Source: an uncultured Verrucomicrobiae bacterium
Lineage (GTDB): Bacteria > Verrucomicrobiota > Verrucomicrobiia > Limisphaerales > UBA11358
NCBI GenBank assembly: GCA_963802965.1
Contig: CAWDKS010000008.1
Location: 160,375 to 224,374 of the forward strand
Reading direction: 5' to 3'
DNA length: 64,000 nt
Shown: piece by piece, positions 38,105 through 47,872 of the stretch
Layout: each line of letters starts with the position of its first letter
Position numbering within the stretch: the first letter of the stretch is position 1
The notes under the pieces: model-generated
Databases searched by the model: none
Told to the model about the DNA's origin: nothing
Seen by the model: only the letters and a program-made list of their open reading frames with translations
Position numbers and translations under genes: made by a program

Positions 38105-38224
38105 TTTTTTCTTGATTAAATAAATTGCAGAGAAGTCCTATGATTTCAGCCCGGGACTTCTCTGATTTGGCCCGTGCGACATCTTTGCTCCAGAAAAAGG
38201 GGTGTCATTGATTTACAGGGTCGG

Positions 38225-38330
38225 CTAGTCCCGTCGGGGCGGCATATTCCGCTCCTGACGGAGCTTGAAAATATTTTCATCGCGGATCCTACAAAGATAT
38301 CGCCCCGCTGGGGCTGGCGCTCCATCCGCA
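38225..38330. repeat. Degenerate GC-rich mini-hairpin repeats, sibling of 36225-36350
   Basis: cccgtcggggcggcata 38230-38246 followed by cgctcctgacggagc 38250-38264 and atcgccccgctggggc. Confidence 0.7.
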
Positions 38331-39449
38331 TTACTTCGTCACCGGCTGGTAGTCCTGCCACAGCCATTCCAGCGCTTCCGGCAGGGTTTGTTGTTTCACT
38401 TTGCTGTCCACGTGGCCGGCGTTGCGGGCAAAGACAAACTGGTAATTATAGCCCTTGGCCGCCAGCACCTTCGCCATGTTCTCGTTGGCGACGACCCAGT
38501 CGTGCATGTTGTCGCGCATGACGTTCGGATTCAAAAGGTCCCGGTCGCCAACTTCCATCCAGATTCGCAGCGGTTTGGCCGGGCTGTTTGGGATGAGATG
38601 TTCATGAAATTCCCAGGCGCCGTGCGGCGTCTTGGCGTCAGGTGGCCATTGCTGGTTCACATAGGTGCCTGAATACGTCAGCACGCGGTGGTAAAGGTCA
38701 GGATGATACCACGCCATGATCAAGGCGCACGAGCCGCCGGAACTGCCGCCCATCGTCGCGCGGCCGTCGGGATTTTTGGTCAAGGTCACGTGGCATTGTT
38801 TTTCCACGAGTGGCAGCACTTCCTGCTCGACGAACTCCGCATACAAGCCGGACATGGTGTCGTATTCCAGGCCGCGCTCGCTGCCCTGGGCGTCACCGCT
38901 GCCATTGCCAATGGAGATGGCAATCATCACCGGCACTTTTTTTTCGGCGATCAGATTGTCCAGAGCCGTGAACAACGCGCGGTCGGGTCCGTCCGCCCCG
39001 ACAACGAAGGGCGCAACCGTGCCGGGGACGTATTGTCTGGGAACATAAACGGATACCCGGCGGGTGTAAGGAGCCGGATGGCTGGTGGTCACCACCAGTT
39101 TGGCGGGGTCGGTGGGGTCCACCGTGCCAAAAGTGCCTCGCGCGCGCGCGATGCCGGGATAAATTTTGCTGTCCGCCGAACTCATGGTGAAATCATAGAC
39201 CGTTCCTTGCGGCACATTGGTCTGCACAATCATTTCCGATGCGCGGTTGTGAGTCGGGCCAAGGATGAAGTTTCCATCGGCATCCGGCGACGGATTGGTG
39301 CCGTCGGGCAATTCCCTGGCGGTGACATAGCCCGGCGTGTTCGGATCGCGGGTCGGCGGAGGCGCAGCCATCGCGGGATGGACGCCAGCCGTCAAATACA
39401 ACACCGCGCCGAGCAACGCGGCATCATGGATCATTCTGGCAATCTTCAT
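38331..39449 (-). CDS. Secreted esterase (alpha/beta hydrolase, enterochelin-esterase/CE1-like)
   Basis: Signal peptide, then the nucleophile elbow MGGSSGGSCAL and a C-terminal His region (ARNAGHVD). Confidence 0.7.
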   Translation of the reverse strand: MKIARMIHDAALLGAVLYLTAGVHPAMAAPPPTRDPNTPGYVTARELPDGTNPSPDADGNFILGPTHNRASEMIVQTNVPQGTVYDFTMSSADSKIYPGIARARGTFGTVDPTDPAKLVVTTSHPAPYTRRVSVYVPRQYVPGTVAPFVVGADGPDRALFTALDNLIAEKKVPVMIAISIGNGSGDAQGSERGLEYDTMSGLYAEFVEQEVLPLVEKQCHVTLTKNPDGRATMGGSSGGSCALIMAWYHPDLYHRVLTYSGTYVNQQWPPDAKTPHGAWEFHEHLIPNSPAKPLRIWMEVGDRDLLNPNVMRDNMHDWVVANENMAKVLAAKGYNYQFVFARNAGHVDSKVKQQTLPEALEWLWQDYQPVTK

Positions 39450-39609
39450 TTTTTAGCTTTCATGTTCATGGCAATGCCGTCGGCTGCGCGAAGTTGAAAC
39501 ATTCACATTCCCGGGGCAAGCGACAAAATGTTTTTCAATTCCCCGCCATTGAAATGAGGGGCTATTGTCTGGCGTCCCTGCGGGCCTTCTTGCATAGTAT
39601 AACCGAACA

Positions 39610-40878
39610 ATGGCGGGCGCTTTGAAATTTCCCGACGATTTTCTTTGGGGCACGGCCACGTCGCCGACGCAGGTGGAAGGCCATGTCGCCAACGAGTGGA
39701 CGGATTACGTCGCCGCAGACGGCGGACACTGTCGCGTGGCGTGCAATCATTATCATCGTTACACCGAGGACGTGGAGTGGATGACGCGGCTCGGCGTGAA
39801 CGCCTACCGCCTGGGCATCGAATGGTCGCGCCTCCAAGCCGCGCCGTTCGCGCCGCTCAACCGGGCGGAACTGGAGCGGTATGTGGATTTGCTGGACCGG
39901 CTCAAGGCGGTGGGCATCACGCCGATGGTGGTGCTGCATCACTTTTCCAATCCGCCGTGGATTACGGCGGCGGGCGGCTGGCTGAATCCGGCCACGGTCC
40001 CAGCGTTCGTGGATTACGTGACGAAGCTGGTGCCGGCCTTGAAGGAACGGGTCTGGCTCTGGAACACGTTTAACGAGCCGGACACTTACGCGTCGCTGAC
40101 GTATCTGCTGGGTGGGTTTCCGCCGTTTCATAAATGGCATTTCCGGTCCTATCGAAAAGTCATCCAGCACATGGCCGGGGCGCACGCGCAGGCGAGCCGC
40201 GTCATCCGGCGCGAAGGCAACGGTGGCCGGACGCCGGAAACCGGCATCGCGAAGAACTGGACTTTTTTTGGCGCATTCCAAAAATTTGCGCTGTGGGACC
40301 ATCTGGTCGCCGGAATTTCCCATCACGCCTTCAACCGTTTTGTGCTGGACGAGTTTTTGGGCGGACAACGGCGGGAGGCATCCACGTTTCTCGGCGTGAA
40401 TTATTACGGGCTGACGCGGTTCAAAAATTTTCAACCCCTGGTCCCGGCCGGCGGCGCCTGCCCCAAACAGCTCGCCCGGTTGGGCGTGGTTTGCGACGAC
40501 ATGTTCGAGCGACATCCGGCCGGTTTGGGAACCATCCTGCAAAAATTTCGCCGGCGATACGGACTGCCACTTTACATCACCGAACACGGCGCGGCGTCGA
40601 GCGACGAAGCATTCCGCATCCGCGACCTGACGGAGCATCTGCGCGAATTGCAGGGCGCGGTGAATGACGGCGTGGACGTGCGCGGTTTTTTCTACTGGTC
40701 GCTGCTGGATAATTTTGAATGGCAGTTCGGCTACACGAAGAAATTCGGTTTGCTGGCGGTGGATTTCAGCGACGAGAAGCTTCCGCGTAAAATGACCAGC
40801 GTCGGCGAATTTTATCGTGGCATCTGCCGGACGCGCGCGGCGGCGGCGGCGCAAAATTCCCTGGCTGCCAGCCGTTGA
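39610..40878 (+). CDS. Glycoside hydrolase family 1 beta-glucosidase
   Basis: FPDDFLWGTATSPTQVEG, TFNEP (acid/base) and ITEHG (nucleophile), then FYWSLLDNFEW. Confidence 0.92.
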   Translation: MAGALKFPDDFLWGTATSPTQVEGHVANEWTDYVAADGGHCRVACNHYHRYTEDVEWMTRLGVNAYRLGIEWSRLQAAPFAPLNRAELERYVDLLDRLKAVGITPMVVLHHFSNPPWITAAGGWLNPATVPAFVDYVTKLVPALKERVWLWNTFNEPDTYASLTYLLGGFPPFHKWHFRSYRKVIQHMAGAHAQASRVIRREGNGGRTPETGIAKNWTFFGAFQKFALWDHLVAGISHHAFNRFVLDEFLGGQRREASTFLGVNYYGLTRFKNFQPLVPAGGACPKQLARLGVVCDDMFERHPAGLGTILQKFRRRYGLPLYITEHGAASSDEAFRIRDLTEHLRELQGAVNDGVDVRGFFYWSLLDNFEWQFGYTKKFGLLAVDFSDEKLPRKMTSVGEFYRGICRTRAAAAAQNSLAASR

Positions 40879-40913
40879 ATTTGCATTCGGCAAAATACGT
40901 GTATATTGCGGCC

Positions 40914-42221
40914 ATGCTGGCGACACCGGAACTGATCCGCGAGGCGGGACAACTCCCGCAACTGGCCAGGCTCCTGCCCCGCTGGCGGGCGGTGCCGCTC
41001 TACCGCAATTCACTGGCGACGGCGGGAACGCATCCAGCCGAAACCGACGCCTTCGCAAGCTTCCGGCGTCTGCCTTTGCTGGCCAAACCGCAAATGCGCA
41101 ACGGTTTTCCCCAAAATTTTCTTCCCGCCGGACAGACGCTGGAAACGTTGCTGGAGAACAAGCAGGTGGAATTGGAGCACACCTCCGGCACGTCCGAGGA
41201 ACGGTTGCCGGTGATTTTTGGCCAAGGCTGGTGGAATGCGCAGGAGGAACGCGCGCTGCGGTTGAATGACTTCGTCGCGCGGGTCCTGGATGAACGTGCC
41301 GACGCGCGGCGGGCGACGCTCGTGCCACCGGCGTGCAACGGCCTGACGTGCCCGACGGTCTGGATGTCACGCGAACAACGGACGATGGGCAACACCCTGT
41401 TCGTGAACCTGGCACGCATCCCGTTTCTTTTGGACGGCCGGGAGCTGGCGCGGATAGCGGGGGAAATTTACGAATGGTCGCCGGAATTTCTGGACGTTGA
41501 TCCGGTTCATGGCGCGCGCTTCGCGCTCTACTGCGAGCAACACAAAATAAAATTTCCGTCGCTGAAATTTATCTTGTGCAGTTATGAATTTGTCAGCGTG
41601 GTGCATCGCCGGATCCTGGAGCGCGTCTTTGGCGTGCCGGTCTTCAACCTGTATGGCTCGACGGAGACCGGCCATCTGCTCATGGAAAACGGGCACGGCG
41701 AGATGAAGCCCGGCTACGAAACGGCCTTTCTCGAAATCGTGGGCGCCGGACCTGACGGCGTGGGCGAACTGGTCGTCACAACGCTGACCAACGACTACAT
41801 GCCATTGCTCCGCTATCGCATCGGCGATCTGGCGGAACGGCGCGCGCAACCCTACGGAACTGATTTCGTGATCCATGGCCGTGTCCGCGACGTGCTCCGC
41901 GCTGATGACGGCCGGCGCGTGACCACCTGGCAGGTGGACCAGTGCCTTGTGGAGTTGTCCGGCATCCTCCACTATGAATTGCGCCAAAACGAAAACGGCG
42001 GTTGCGTTTTGCGCTTTGTGCCCGAGGAGGCCGGGCCGGCGGATGCGGAACTGCGCCGCGTGACTTCACGGCTCGAAACCTTGCTGGGCGCCCGGGCTGA
42101 AATCACCAGCGGGGCGATGCCGGTCGTGCTTCCGACTCCTTCGGGAAAATTCCGCCTGACTTGTCCCGCGGTCGCAACCAATCCCCCCGACGAATCCTGG
42201 GTTTTTGGCACACGCGGTTGA
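40914..42221 (+). CDS. Adenylate-forming enzyme (phenylacetate-CoA ligase / F390-synthetase / CapK-like)
   Basis: HTSGTSEERL (AMP-binding P-loop-like motif), YGSTETG and RYRIGDL. ATG 40914 preferred; TTG 40875 would overlap the GH1 stop. Confidence 0.7.
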   Translation: MLATPELIREAGQLPQLARLLPRWRAVPLYRNSLATAGTHPAETDAFASFRRLPLLAKPQMRNGFPQNFLPAGQTLETLLENKQVELEHTSGTSEERLPVIFGQGWWNAQEERALRLNDFVARVLDERADARRATLVPPACNGLTCPTVWMSREQRTMGNTLFVNLARIPFLLDGRELARIAGEIYEWSPEFLDVDPVHGARFALYCEQHKIKFPSLKFILCSYEFVSVVHRRILERVFGVPVFNLYGSTETGHLLMENGHGEMKPGYETAFLEIVGAGPDGVGELVVTTLTNDYMPLLRYRIGDLAERRAQPYGTDFVIHGRVRDVLRADDGRRVTTWQVDQCLVELSGILHYELRQNENGGCVLRFVPEEAGPADAELRRVTSRLETLLGARAEITSGAMPVVLPTPSGKFRLTCPAVATNPPDESWVFGTRG

Positions 42222-42281
42222 TGTCACCCTGTTCCGCCGGTCCGTCGGCGCCCGGGCAATGCCGGATGCGTGGCCGACGGC

Positions 42282-42770
42282 TTATTTCATCAACTGGGTC
42301 TTGAATTCGGCGAGTTGGTCGCAAAAGAAGTCCACGGATTTGGGCGTGGTGGTCACTGTGGAATCATAGTTCACGAGCGTGACCAGTGTGCTGTAGGTGG
42401 CCATGTCATGCACCGGCAGCACGGCCCGGATGCCGCCGGCCGGTCCCAGGCGCGAGTAACAATCCTGCTCGTGGATTTGCTTCACCACGATGACGCGATA
42501 GCCCAGCTTGCCCAGAAACATCTGGTAGGAATTCGTGGTGATGATCGCCCCTTGCATCACCGGGACAGCGACGCCGAGATTGTCGAACACGGCTTTCAGC
42601 GGTTTGAATTGGTCGCGCGACAGGATGCGCTCGAACCGCTGCTGTTCGGTTTCACTGACCGGCGGCTGATTGGCCGCCGGCGTGATGGCTGCTGGCTTTT
42701 TGATCATACAATTTTGGGTCGGAACTGGAACCCGGTCCGGCTCGCTAGGCGGGAACGCGGGCATTATCAC
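42282..42770 (-). CDS. Hypothetical protein
   Basis: 162-aa ORF with ordinary composition. No recognised motif. Start uncertain (a later ATG gives MIKKPAAI). Confidence 0.45.
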   Translation of the reverse strand: MIMPAFPPSEPDRVPVPTQNCMIKKPAAITPAANQPPVSETEQQRFERILSRDQFKPLKAVFDNLGVAVPVMQGAIITTNSYQMFLGKLGYRVIVVKQIHEQDCYSRLGPAGGIRAVLPVHDMATYSTLVTLVNYDSTVTTTPKSVDFFCDQLAEFKTQLMK

Positions 42771-42820
42771 TGATGGCGGCGGGAAAGTCCATGATTCGTT
42801 TGCGGGAACCCCGGCGCGGG

Positions 42821-43543
42821 CTACTTCAACGCCGCATAGACGCGATGCACGTCGTCGTGGTCGTCAAGGGCGTTGAGGAAATTTTCGACGTCCTTGCGGT
42901 CGGCGGCGCCGACTTCGACAAAATTCTTGGCCAGATAACGGATTTCGGAGGCGATGACATTCCAACCGGCGGCCTTCAACGCCCTGGCCACGTGGTCGAG
43001 GTCCTTGATTTCCGTGAGAAAGCGCGCCCCCTTCTGGCCGGCGGGGACTTCCCCGGCTTCGAGCGGCTCGATTTCCTGCGCGCCGGCTTCGATGGCATCG
43101 GCTTCGGCGTCGCGGTTGGCATCGGGATGCGTCGCTTCAACGACGCCGAGGTGATTGAAGAAAAAGCTGACGCTGCCGGGCTGGCCGAGCGAGCCGGCCT
43201 TGAATAGATTGCGTATTTCGGGCGCGGTACGGTTCCGGCTGTCGGTGAGGCATTCAACGATGACCGGCACCTTGTGCGGCGCGAAACCTTCATAGACGAT
43301 GGTTTCGTAATTCACCTTTTCCGTGTCCAGCCCGGCGCCCTTCCTGATGGCGCGTTCGATGGTGTCGCGATAGACGGAGGCTTTCCGGGCCTTTTCGACG
43401 GCGACGAAGAGGCGTGGATTCAGGTCGGGGTCAGGACCGCCGAGCTTGGCCGCGACCATGATTTCGCGGACCAGCTTGGCGGTCATCTGGCCTTTTTTCT
43501 GCGCGTTGATTTCGCGTCCGGCCTGTTTCCATTGCGCGCCCAT
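42821..43543 (-). CDS. yebC: YebC/PmpR-family transcriptional regulator
   Basis: WKQAGREINAQKKGQMTAKLVREIMVAAKLGGPDPDLNPRL is the family signature N-terminus. Confidence 0.92.
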   Translation of the reverse strand: MGAQWKQAGREINAQKKGQMTAKLVREIMVAAKLGGPDPDLNPRLFVAVEKARKASVYRDTIERAIRKGAGLDTEKVNYETIVYEGFAPHKVPVIVECLTDSRNRTAPEIRNLFKAGSLGQPGSVSFFFNHLGVVEATHPDANRDAEADAIEAGAQEIEPLEAGEVPAGQKGARFLTEIKDLDHVARALKAAGWNVIASEIRYLAKNFVEVGAADRKDVENFLNALDDHDDVHRVYAALK

Positions 43544-43627
43544 CGGGTTTGACCAGTGTGGAAAGATCGCCGGGCCGGTTCAATGCAAATTGCGCAGCTT
43601 GGTGGCGCGCAGCTTCGAGGCGTTTGT

Positions 43628-45685
43628 TCAGGGTAAATGAAATGGGAGGCCTGCTTGATAGCGCTTCAACTGTGATCGAATGGCCTCGGCCAGCGCGGTG
43701 TTGGACTGCGTCCCGGCCACTTGCAGGGCGCGCTGCGCGGTTGCCACCGCCTCGGGAAAGCGCCCGGCCTCGGCATAAGCGGCGGCCAGGGTGCCAAGCA
43801 CGACCGGATTTCCATCACCCGTAAGCTGATTCGCCCGTCGGGCCAGTTCCACCGCCTTGCCGCCGTTGCGCAGCGAAGCTTGGGGACAGGTCGCCAGCAC
43901 CCAGGCCAGATTATTCTGGGCCTCCGCATTGTCGGGCTCGATTTGAAGCGTCTTTTGGAAATGGGTGATCGCTTCGCCCGCATTGCCCTTTTGCAACAGC
44001 GCTTTGCCGAGGTTGTTGTGGGCTTCCGCGAAGTCGGGTTTGATTTGCAGCGCCTGTTGGTAATGGGCGATCGCTTCGTCCACCTCGCCCTTTTTGAGCA
44101 GCACATTGCCGAGGTTGTAGGAGGCTTCCTCATTGTCGGGTTCGATTTGCAGCGCCTTTTGGTAATGAACGATCGCTTCGCCCACACGGTCTTTTTTGAC
44201 CAGAGCGGCGCCGAGATTGATGTGAGCTTCCGCGTAGTCGGGTCTGATTTGGAGTGCCTTTCGGTAATGAACAATTGCTTCGTCCACCTTGCCCATTTTG
44301 ACCAGCGCGTTGCCGAGGTTGTTGTGGGCGAGCACGTTGTCAGACGTGCAGGCGAGCGTGTGAGTCCACAGCGATTCACTGTTCCGCCAATAAGAAGTCT
44401 GCACGTGCGCGCAGAAAATCAAAGCAGCAAGGATGAGCGCGGAGCCGCCGCCCAGCACCACGCGGCGGTGACGCCATCTGGCGCACAGATCAACTGCCGC
44501 CCAGGTCAGCAATAGATACAAGCCGATCTGCGGCAGATAGGTGTATCGATCCGCCCGCGCCCGCAAACCCGACTGGACCAACCCGATGGCCGGAACCAAC
44601 ATCCCCAAATACCACAACCAACCAATCAAAAACCAGGGCTGCTTCCGCCGGGCGGCAACGGCGCCGACGGAGATGACCAGCAACAGGACAAAGGCCGCGA
44701 TAATTTTCCAGAGCGCCAGGCCGTTTCCCGGATAGGGATAGAAAACGGCCAATCCAGCCGGATAAATCATCTGTCCCAAATAAACAACGTAGGAAACCAG
44801 GGCATTGCCGATTCGCAAAGATAGAGGCACCAATTGGATTGCCTCCTTCTGCGCAAAAAGCGTGGCCACGCAGGCCGCGCCGGAGAGAGCCAGCAGCGGA
44901 ACCTTTTCGACGATCAGACGCCAGGGAATCAAATGGCCGCCCGGTTGAGGAAATCGTTTCAGCGGCCAGTAGTCCAACAACAGCAGCACAAACGGGAGCG
45001 TGACCACCATCGGCTTGGACATCAACGCCAGTGCCAGCATCAACAACACCATCAAGTAGCGACCGGTGGACCACCGGTGGCGGACATAACCGGCATAAGC
45101 TCCCAGCGTCAGCATGAAAAACAATCCGCTGAGCACGTCCCTCCGCTCGGCGATCCAAGCCACCGACTCCACATGCAACGGATGGATCGCAAACACCGCT
45201 GCCACAAACGCGCTGCGCCACAGGAACCCCGTCATCCGCCGCAGCACCAGGAAAAGCAGGATCGCCGTCGTTGTGTGGAGCAGGAGGTTGGTGAGATGAT
45301 GGCCGCCGGGGTTCAATCCGTAAAACTGGCAGTCCAGCATGTGAGTGATCACCGTCAACGGGGTCCAATTGACGTTCACGTTGTGGGTAAACGCCCAAAC
45401 GATTCCTTTCAGGCTCAGGCCACCGAGAACCGCCGGGTTGTCGGCAACGTAAAGTGCGTCATCGTAGTTCACGAACTCGTGCCCCAGCGTCTGCCCGAAT
45501 ACGACAAACGTGATCGCCGCCAGAAAAATACAGACGCCGGGGACCAGCCAGCGGTCATTCCAACCCGCCGGACGGCCTTCGGATTCCGGCGGGCGGGAGC
45601 CGGCTGTTCCCGGCATTTCACCGGCCGGCGGAACGGGCGCGCTTGACCGCACGGCGGGGGCTTTTTTGTTCGATCTTCGACTCAT
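43628..45685 (-). CDS. Polytopic membrane protein with C-terminal TPR repeats (PMT/TMTC-like glycosyltransferase architecture)
   Basis: About 10 TM segments with FVNYDDALYV near the N-terminus, then 7-8 TPR units (AHNNLGNALVKMGKVDEAIVHYRKALQIRPDYAEA...). Confidence 0.75.
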   Translation of the reverse strand: MSRRSNKKAPAVRSSAPVPPAGEMPGTAGSRPPESEGRPAGWNDRWLVPGVCIFLAAITFVVFGQTLGHEFVNYDDALYVADNPAVLGGLSLKGIVWAFTHNVNVNWTPLTVITHMLDCQFYGLNPGGHHLTNLLLHTTTAILLFLVLRRMTGFLWRSAFVAAVFAIHPLHVESVAWIAERRDVLSGLFFMLTLGAYAGYVRHRWSTGRYLMVLLMLALALMSKPMVVTLPFVLLLLDYWPLKRFPQPGGHLIPWRLIVEKVPLLALSGAACVATLFAQKEAIQLVPLSLRIGNALVSYVVYLGQMIYPAGLAVFYPYPGNGLALWKIIAAFVLLLVISVGAVAARRKQPWFLIGWLWYLGMLVPAIGLVQSGLRARADRYTYLPQIGLYLLLTWAAVDLCARWRHRRVVLGGGSALILAALIFCAHVQTSYWRNSESLWTHTLACTSDNVLAHNNLGNALVKMGKVDEAIVHYRKALQIRPDYAEAHINLGAALVKKDRVGEAIVHYQKALQIEPDNEEASYNLGNVLLKKGEVDEAIAHYQQALQIKPDFAEAHNNLGKALLQKGNAGEAITHFQKTLQIEPDNAEAQNNLAWVLATCPQASLRNGGKAVELARRANQLTGDGNPVVLGTLAAAYAEAGRFPEAVATAQRALQVAGTQSNTALAEAIRSQLKRYQAGLPFHLP

Positions 45686-45812
45686 GGCATTGAACCCATG
45701 ATTGAGAAAAACCGCGCAGTGTGACGAGCAAAAAGGGTCACCACAGGCCCAGGCCGTGATTTTTCCCGTCCCTGGGCTTGAGCTTTTTCCAGCTTTCGCT
45801 TATTCGTCGCAC

Positions 45813-46109
45813 ATGCTTGTGGTCCACGTTCATGTTCATGTCAAACCGGAGTGCGTCGAGGCGTTCACGGAGGCGACGCGCGTCAACGCCAGCCTGAGCT
45901 TGCTGGAGCTGGGTATCCTGCGCTTTGACGTCCTGCAACAGCAGGACGACCCGACGCGGTTCGTGCTGGTGGAGGTTTATCGCGACGCCGAGGCCGCCGC
46001 CGCGCACAAGGAAACGCAGCATTACCCGGTCTGGCGCGAGGCGGTGGCACCGATGATGGCCGAACCGCGTTTGAGCGTGAAGTTCAACCAGGTTTCTCTG
46101 GAGGACTAA
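45813..46109 (+). CDS. Antibiotic-biosynthesis-monooxygenase (ABM) family protein
   Basis: MLVVHVHVHVKPECVEAF...FVLVEVYRDAEAAAAHKETQHY is a ferredoxin-like ABM pattern. ATG 45813 chosen. Confidence 0.75.
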   Translation: MLVVHVHVHVKPECVEAFTEATRVNASLSLLELGILRFDVLQQQDDPTRFVLVEVYRDAEAAAAHKETQHYPVWREAVAPMMAEPRLSVKFNQVSLED

Positions 46110-46203
46110 GAGTGGCGAACGGTGGGACGAGGCTGCTGACGAGCCGCTTCGTCCCAAAAAAAGAGCGGCTCGCGAGGACGCCCGCCCCACCATTTGATTG
46201 GAT

Positions 46204-47358
46204 ATGCACTTTGAATTTGCAACGGCGGCGAAAATTATTTTCGGCGCGGGCACGCTGCGCGAGGCGGGCGTCATGGCCAGGGAATCTGGCCAACGCGCGC
46301 TGGTCGTGACGGGTCGCGACGCCAAACGCGCCGGACCATTGCTGAAAATTCTTCGCGCCGCCGGCGTGAACGCGGCAACCTTTTCCGTGACCGGCGAGCC
46401 GGAGCTTTCCACGATTGAGCGCGGCACGGCGCTGGCGAAAAAGGAAGATTGCGAACTGGTCATCGGCTTTGGCGGTGGCAGCGCGATTGACGCAGGCAAG
46501 GCCATCGCCGCCATGCTGACAAACGATGGCGCGCTGACGGACTACGTCGAAATCATCGGGCGCGGCAAGGCGCTGAAGAAACCCTCCGCGCCGTTCATTG
46601 CCATTCCGACGACCGCAGGCACCGGTTCGGAAGTCACGCGCAACGCGGTGTTGTCGTCGCCGGAGCACAAACTGAAGGTCAGCCTGCGCAGCCCGTTGAT
46701 GCTCGCGAAAGTGGCGTTGATTGATCCCGGGCTCACTTGCGATCTGCCGCCCGCGCTTACCGCCAGCACCGGCCTCGACGCGCTGACGCAACTCATCGAG
46801 CCGTTCGTCTGCTCGCGCGCGAACCCGATGACGGATGGTTTGTGCATGGAAGGCATCCGCCGCGCGGCGTGGTCACTGCGTGTGGCGATTGCCGATGGCA
46901 AAAACAAACCGGCGCGCGAGGACATGGCGGTGGCGAGTTTGTTCGGCGGATTGGCGCTGGCCAACGCGGGTCTGGGCGCCGTCCACGGATTTGCGGGGCC
47001 AATCGGCGGCGGTTTTCCCGCACCGCACGGCGCGATTTGCGCGGCGTTGTTGCCACACGTGATGAGCGCGAACCTCCAGGCGCTCCGGCAACGCGCGCCC
47101 GGCGGTGAAGCGTTGCGGCGCTACGACAAAGTGGGACGATGGTTGACCGGCAACGCGCAGGCGACGGCGGATGATGGCGTGGCCTGGGTCCGCAAACTTG
47201 CCGGCGACGCGCGGATTCCGCGGCTGGGCGCCTACGGCATCCGCAACGAACACGTTGCCGGGCTGGTGGAGAAAGCCGCTCACGCCAGCAGCATGAAGGC
47301 AAATCCGGTTGCGCTCACGCCGGAGGAATTGGCTGACACACTGCGGCAGGTGTTGTGA
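46204..47358 (+). CDS. Iron-containing (group III) alcohol dehydrogenase
   Basis: GFGGGSAIDAGKAIA, IPTTAGTGSEVT and the His cluster GAVHGFAGPIGG...HGAICAALLPHV. Confidence 0.88.
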   Translation: MHFEFATAAKIIFGAGTLREAGVMARESGQRALVVTGRDAKRAGPLLKILRAAGVNAATFSVTGEPELSTIERGTALAKKEDCELVIGFGGGSAIDAGKAIAAMLTNDGALTDYVEIIGRGKALKKPSAPFIAIPTTAGTGSEVTRNAVLSSPEHKLKVSLRSPLMLAKVALIDPGLTCDLPPALTASTGLDALTQLIEPFVCSRANPMTDGLCMEGIRRAAWSLRVAIADGKNKPAREDMAVASLFGGLALANAGLGAVHGFAGPIGGGFPAPHGAICAALLPHVMSANLQALRQRAPGGEALRRYDKVGRWLTGNAQATADDGVAWVRKLAGDARIPRLGAYGIRNEHVAGLVEKAAHASSMKANPVALTPEELADTLRQVL

Positions 47359-47367
47359 TTTGAAAAA

Positions 47368-47835
47368 GTGGATGCGATTTGGAAAACGGACGCGGTGATT
47401 GCGCAGACGGCCTGTCTGGCGCGCAGCTTGAAACATTGGACCGGACACGAATTGATGCCCGGTGTGGCCGCTCCTCCGGCGGAGCTGGCGCGGGCGGTGT
47501 TCGAGGCGCCGTTTGTCATTGTTTCGCATGGCACGGAGGCCGATCCGGTTTTGAATTACGGCAATCGCGCGGCCCTCACGCTCTGGGAAATGCCGTGGGC
47601 GGAACTGACCCGCACGCCGTCGCGGCTCACCGCCGGGGCGCCCAGCCGCGAGGAACGGGCGCGGTTGCTGGAAACCGTGACGCGGCGCGGGTTCATTGAC
47701 GATTATTCCGGCGTGCGCATCTCGAAAAGCGGCCGGCGCTTTCGCATCAGCCGTGCGACCGTTTGGAATCTGCTGACGGAGGACGGCCGGCCTTGCGGTC
47801 AGGCGGCGATGTTTGATCGCTGGGAATTTCTTTGA
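47368..47835 (+). CDS. MEKHLA-domain protein
   Basis: PFVIVSHGTEADPVLNYGNRAALTLWEM...PSRLTA...ERARLLE...GFIDDYSGVRISKSGRRFRI..ATVWNL...GQAAMF matches the MEKHLA pattern as I recall it. GTG start. Confidence 0.75.
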   Translation: MDAIWKTDAVIAQTACLARSLKHWTGHELMPGVAAPPAELARAVFEAPFVIVSHGTEADPVLNYGNRAALTLWEMPWAELTRTPSRLTAGAPSREERARLLETVTRRGFIDDYSGVRISKSGRRFRISRATVWNLLTEDGRPCGQAAMFDRWEFL

Positions 47836-47872
47836 GCTTTGGTGACGGAGCTTTAAGCTGACTGCGAATATC

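Noticed and set aside
39562-41415. 617-aa minus-strand ORF
   Set aside because: Antisense to the well-supported GH1 and adenylate-forming enzyme genes. The translation is Arg/Pro/Ala-rich low complexity with no motifs, a typical GC-rich shadow ORF.
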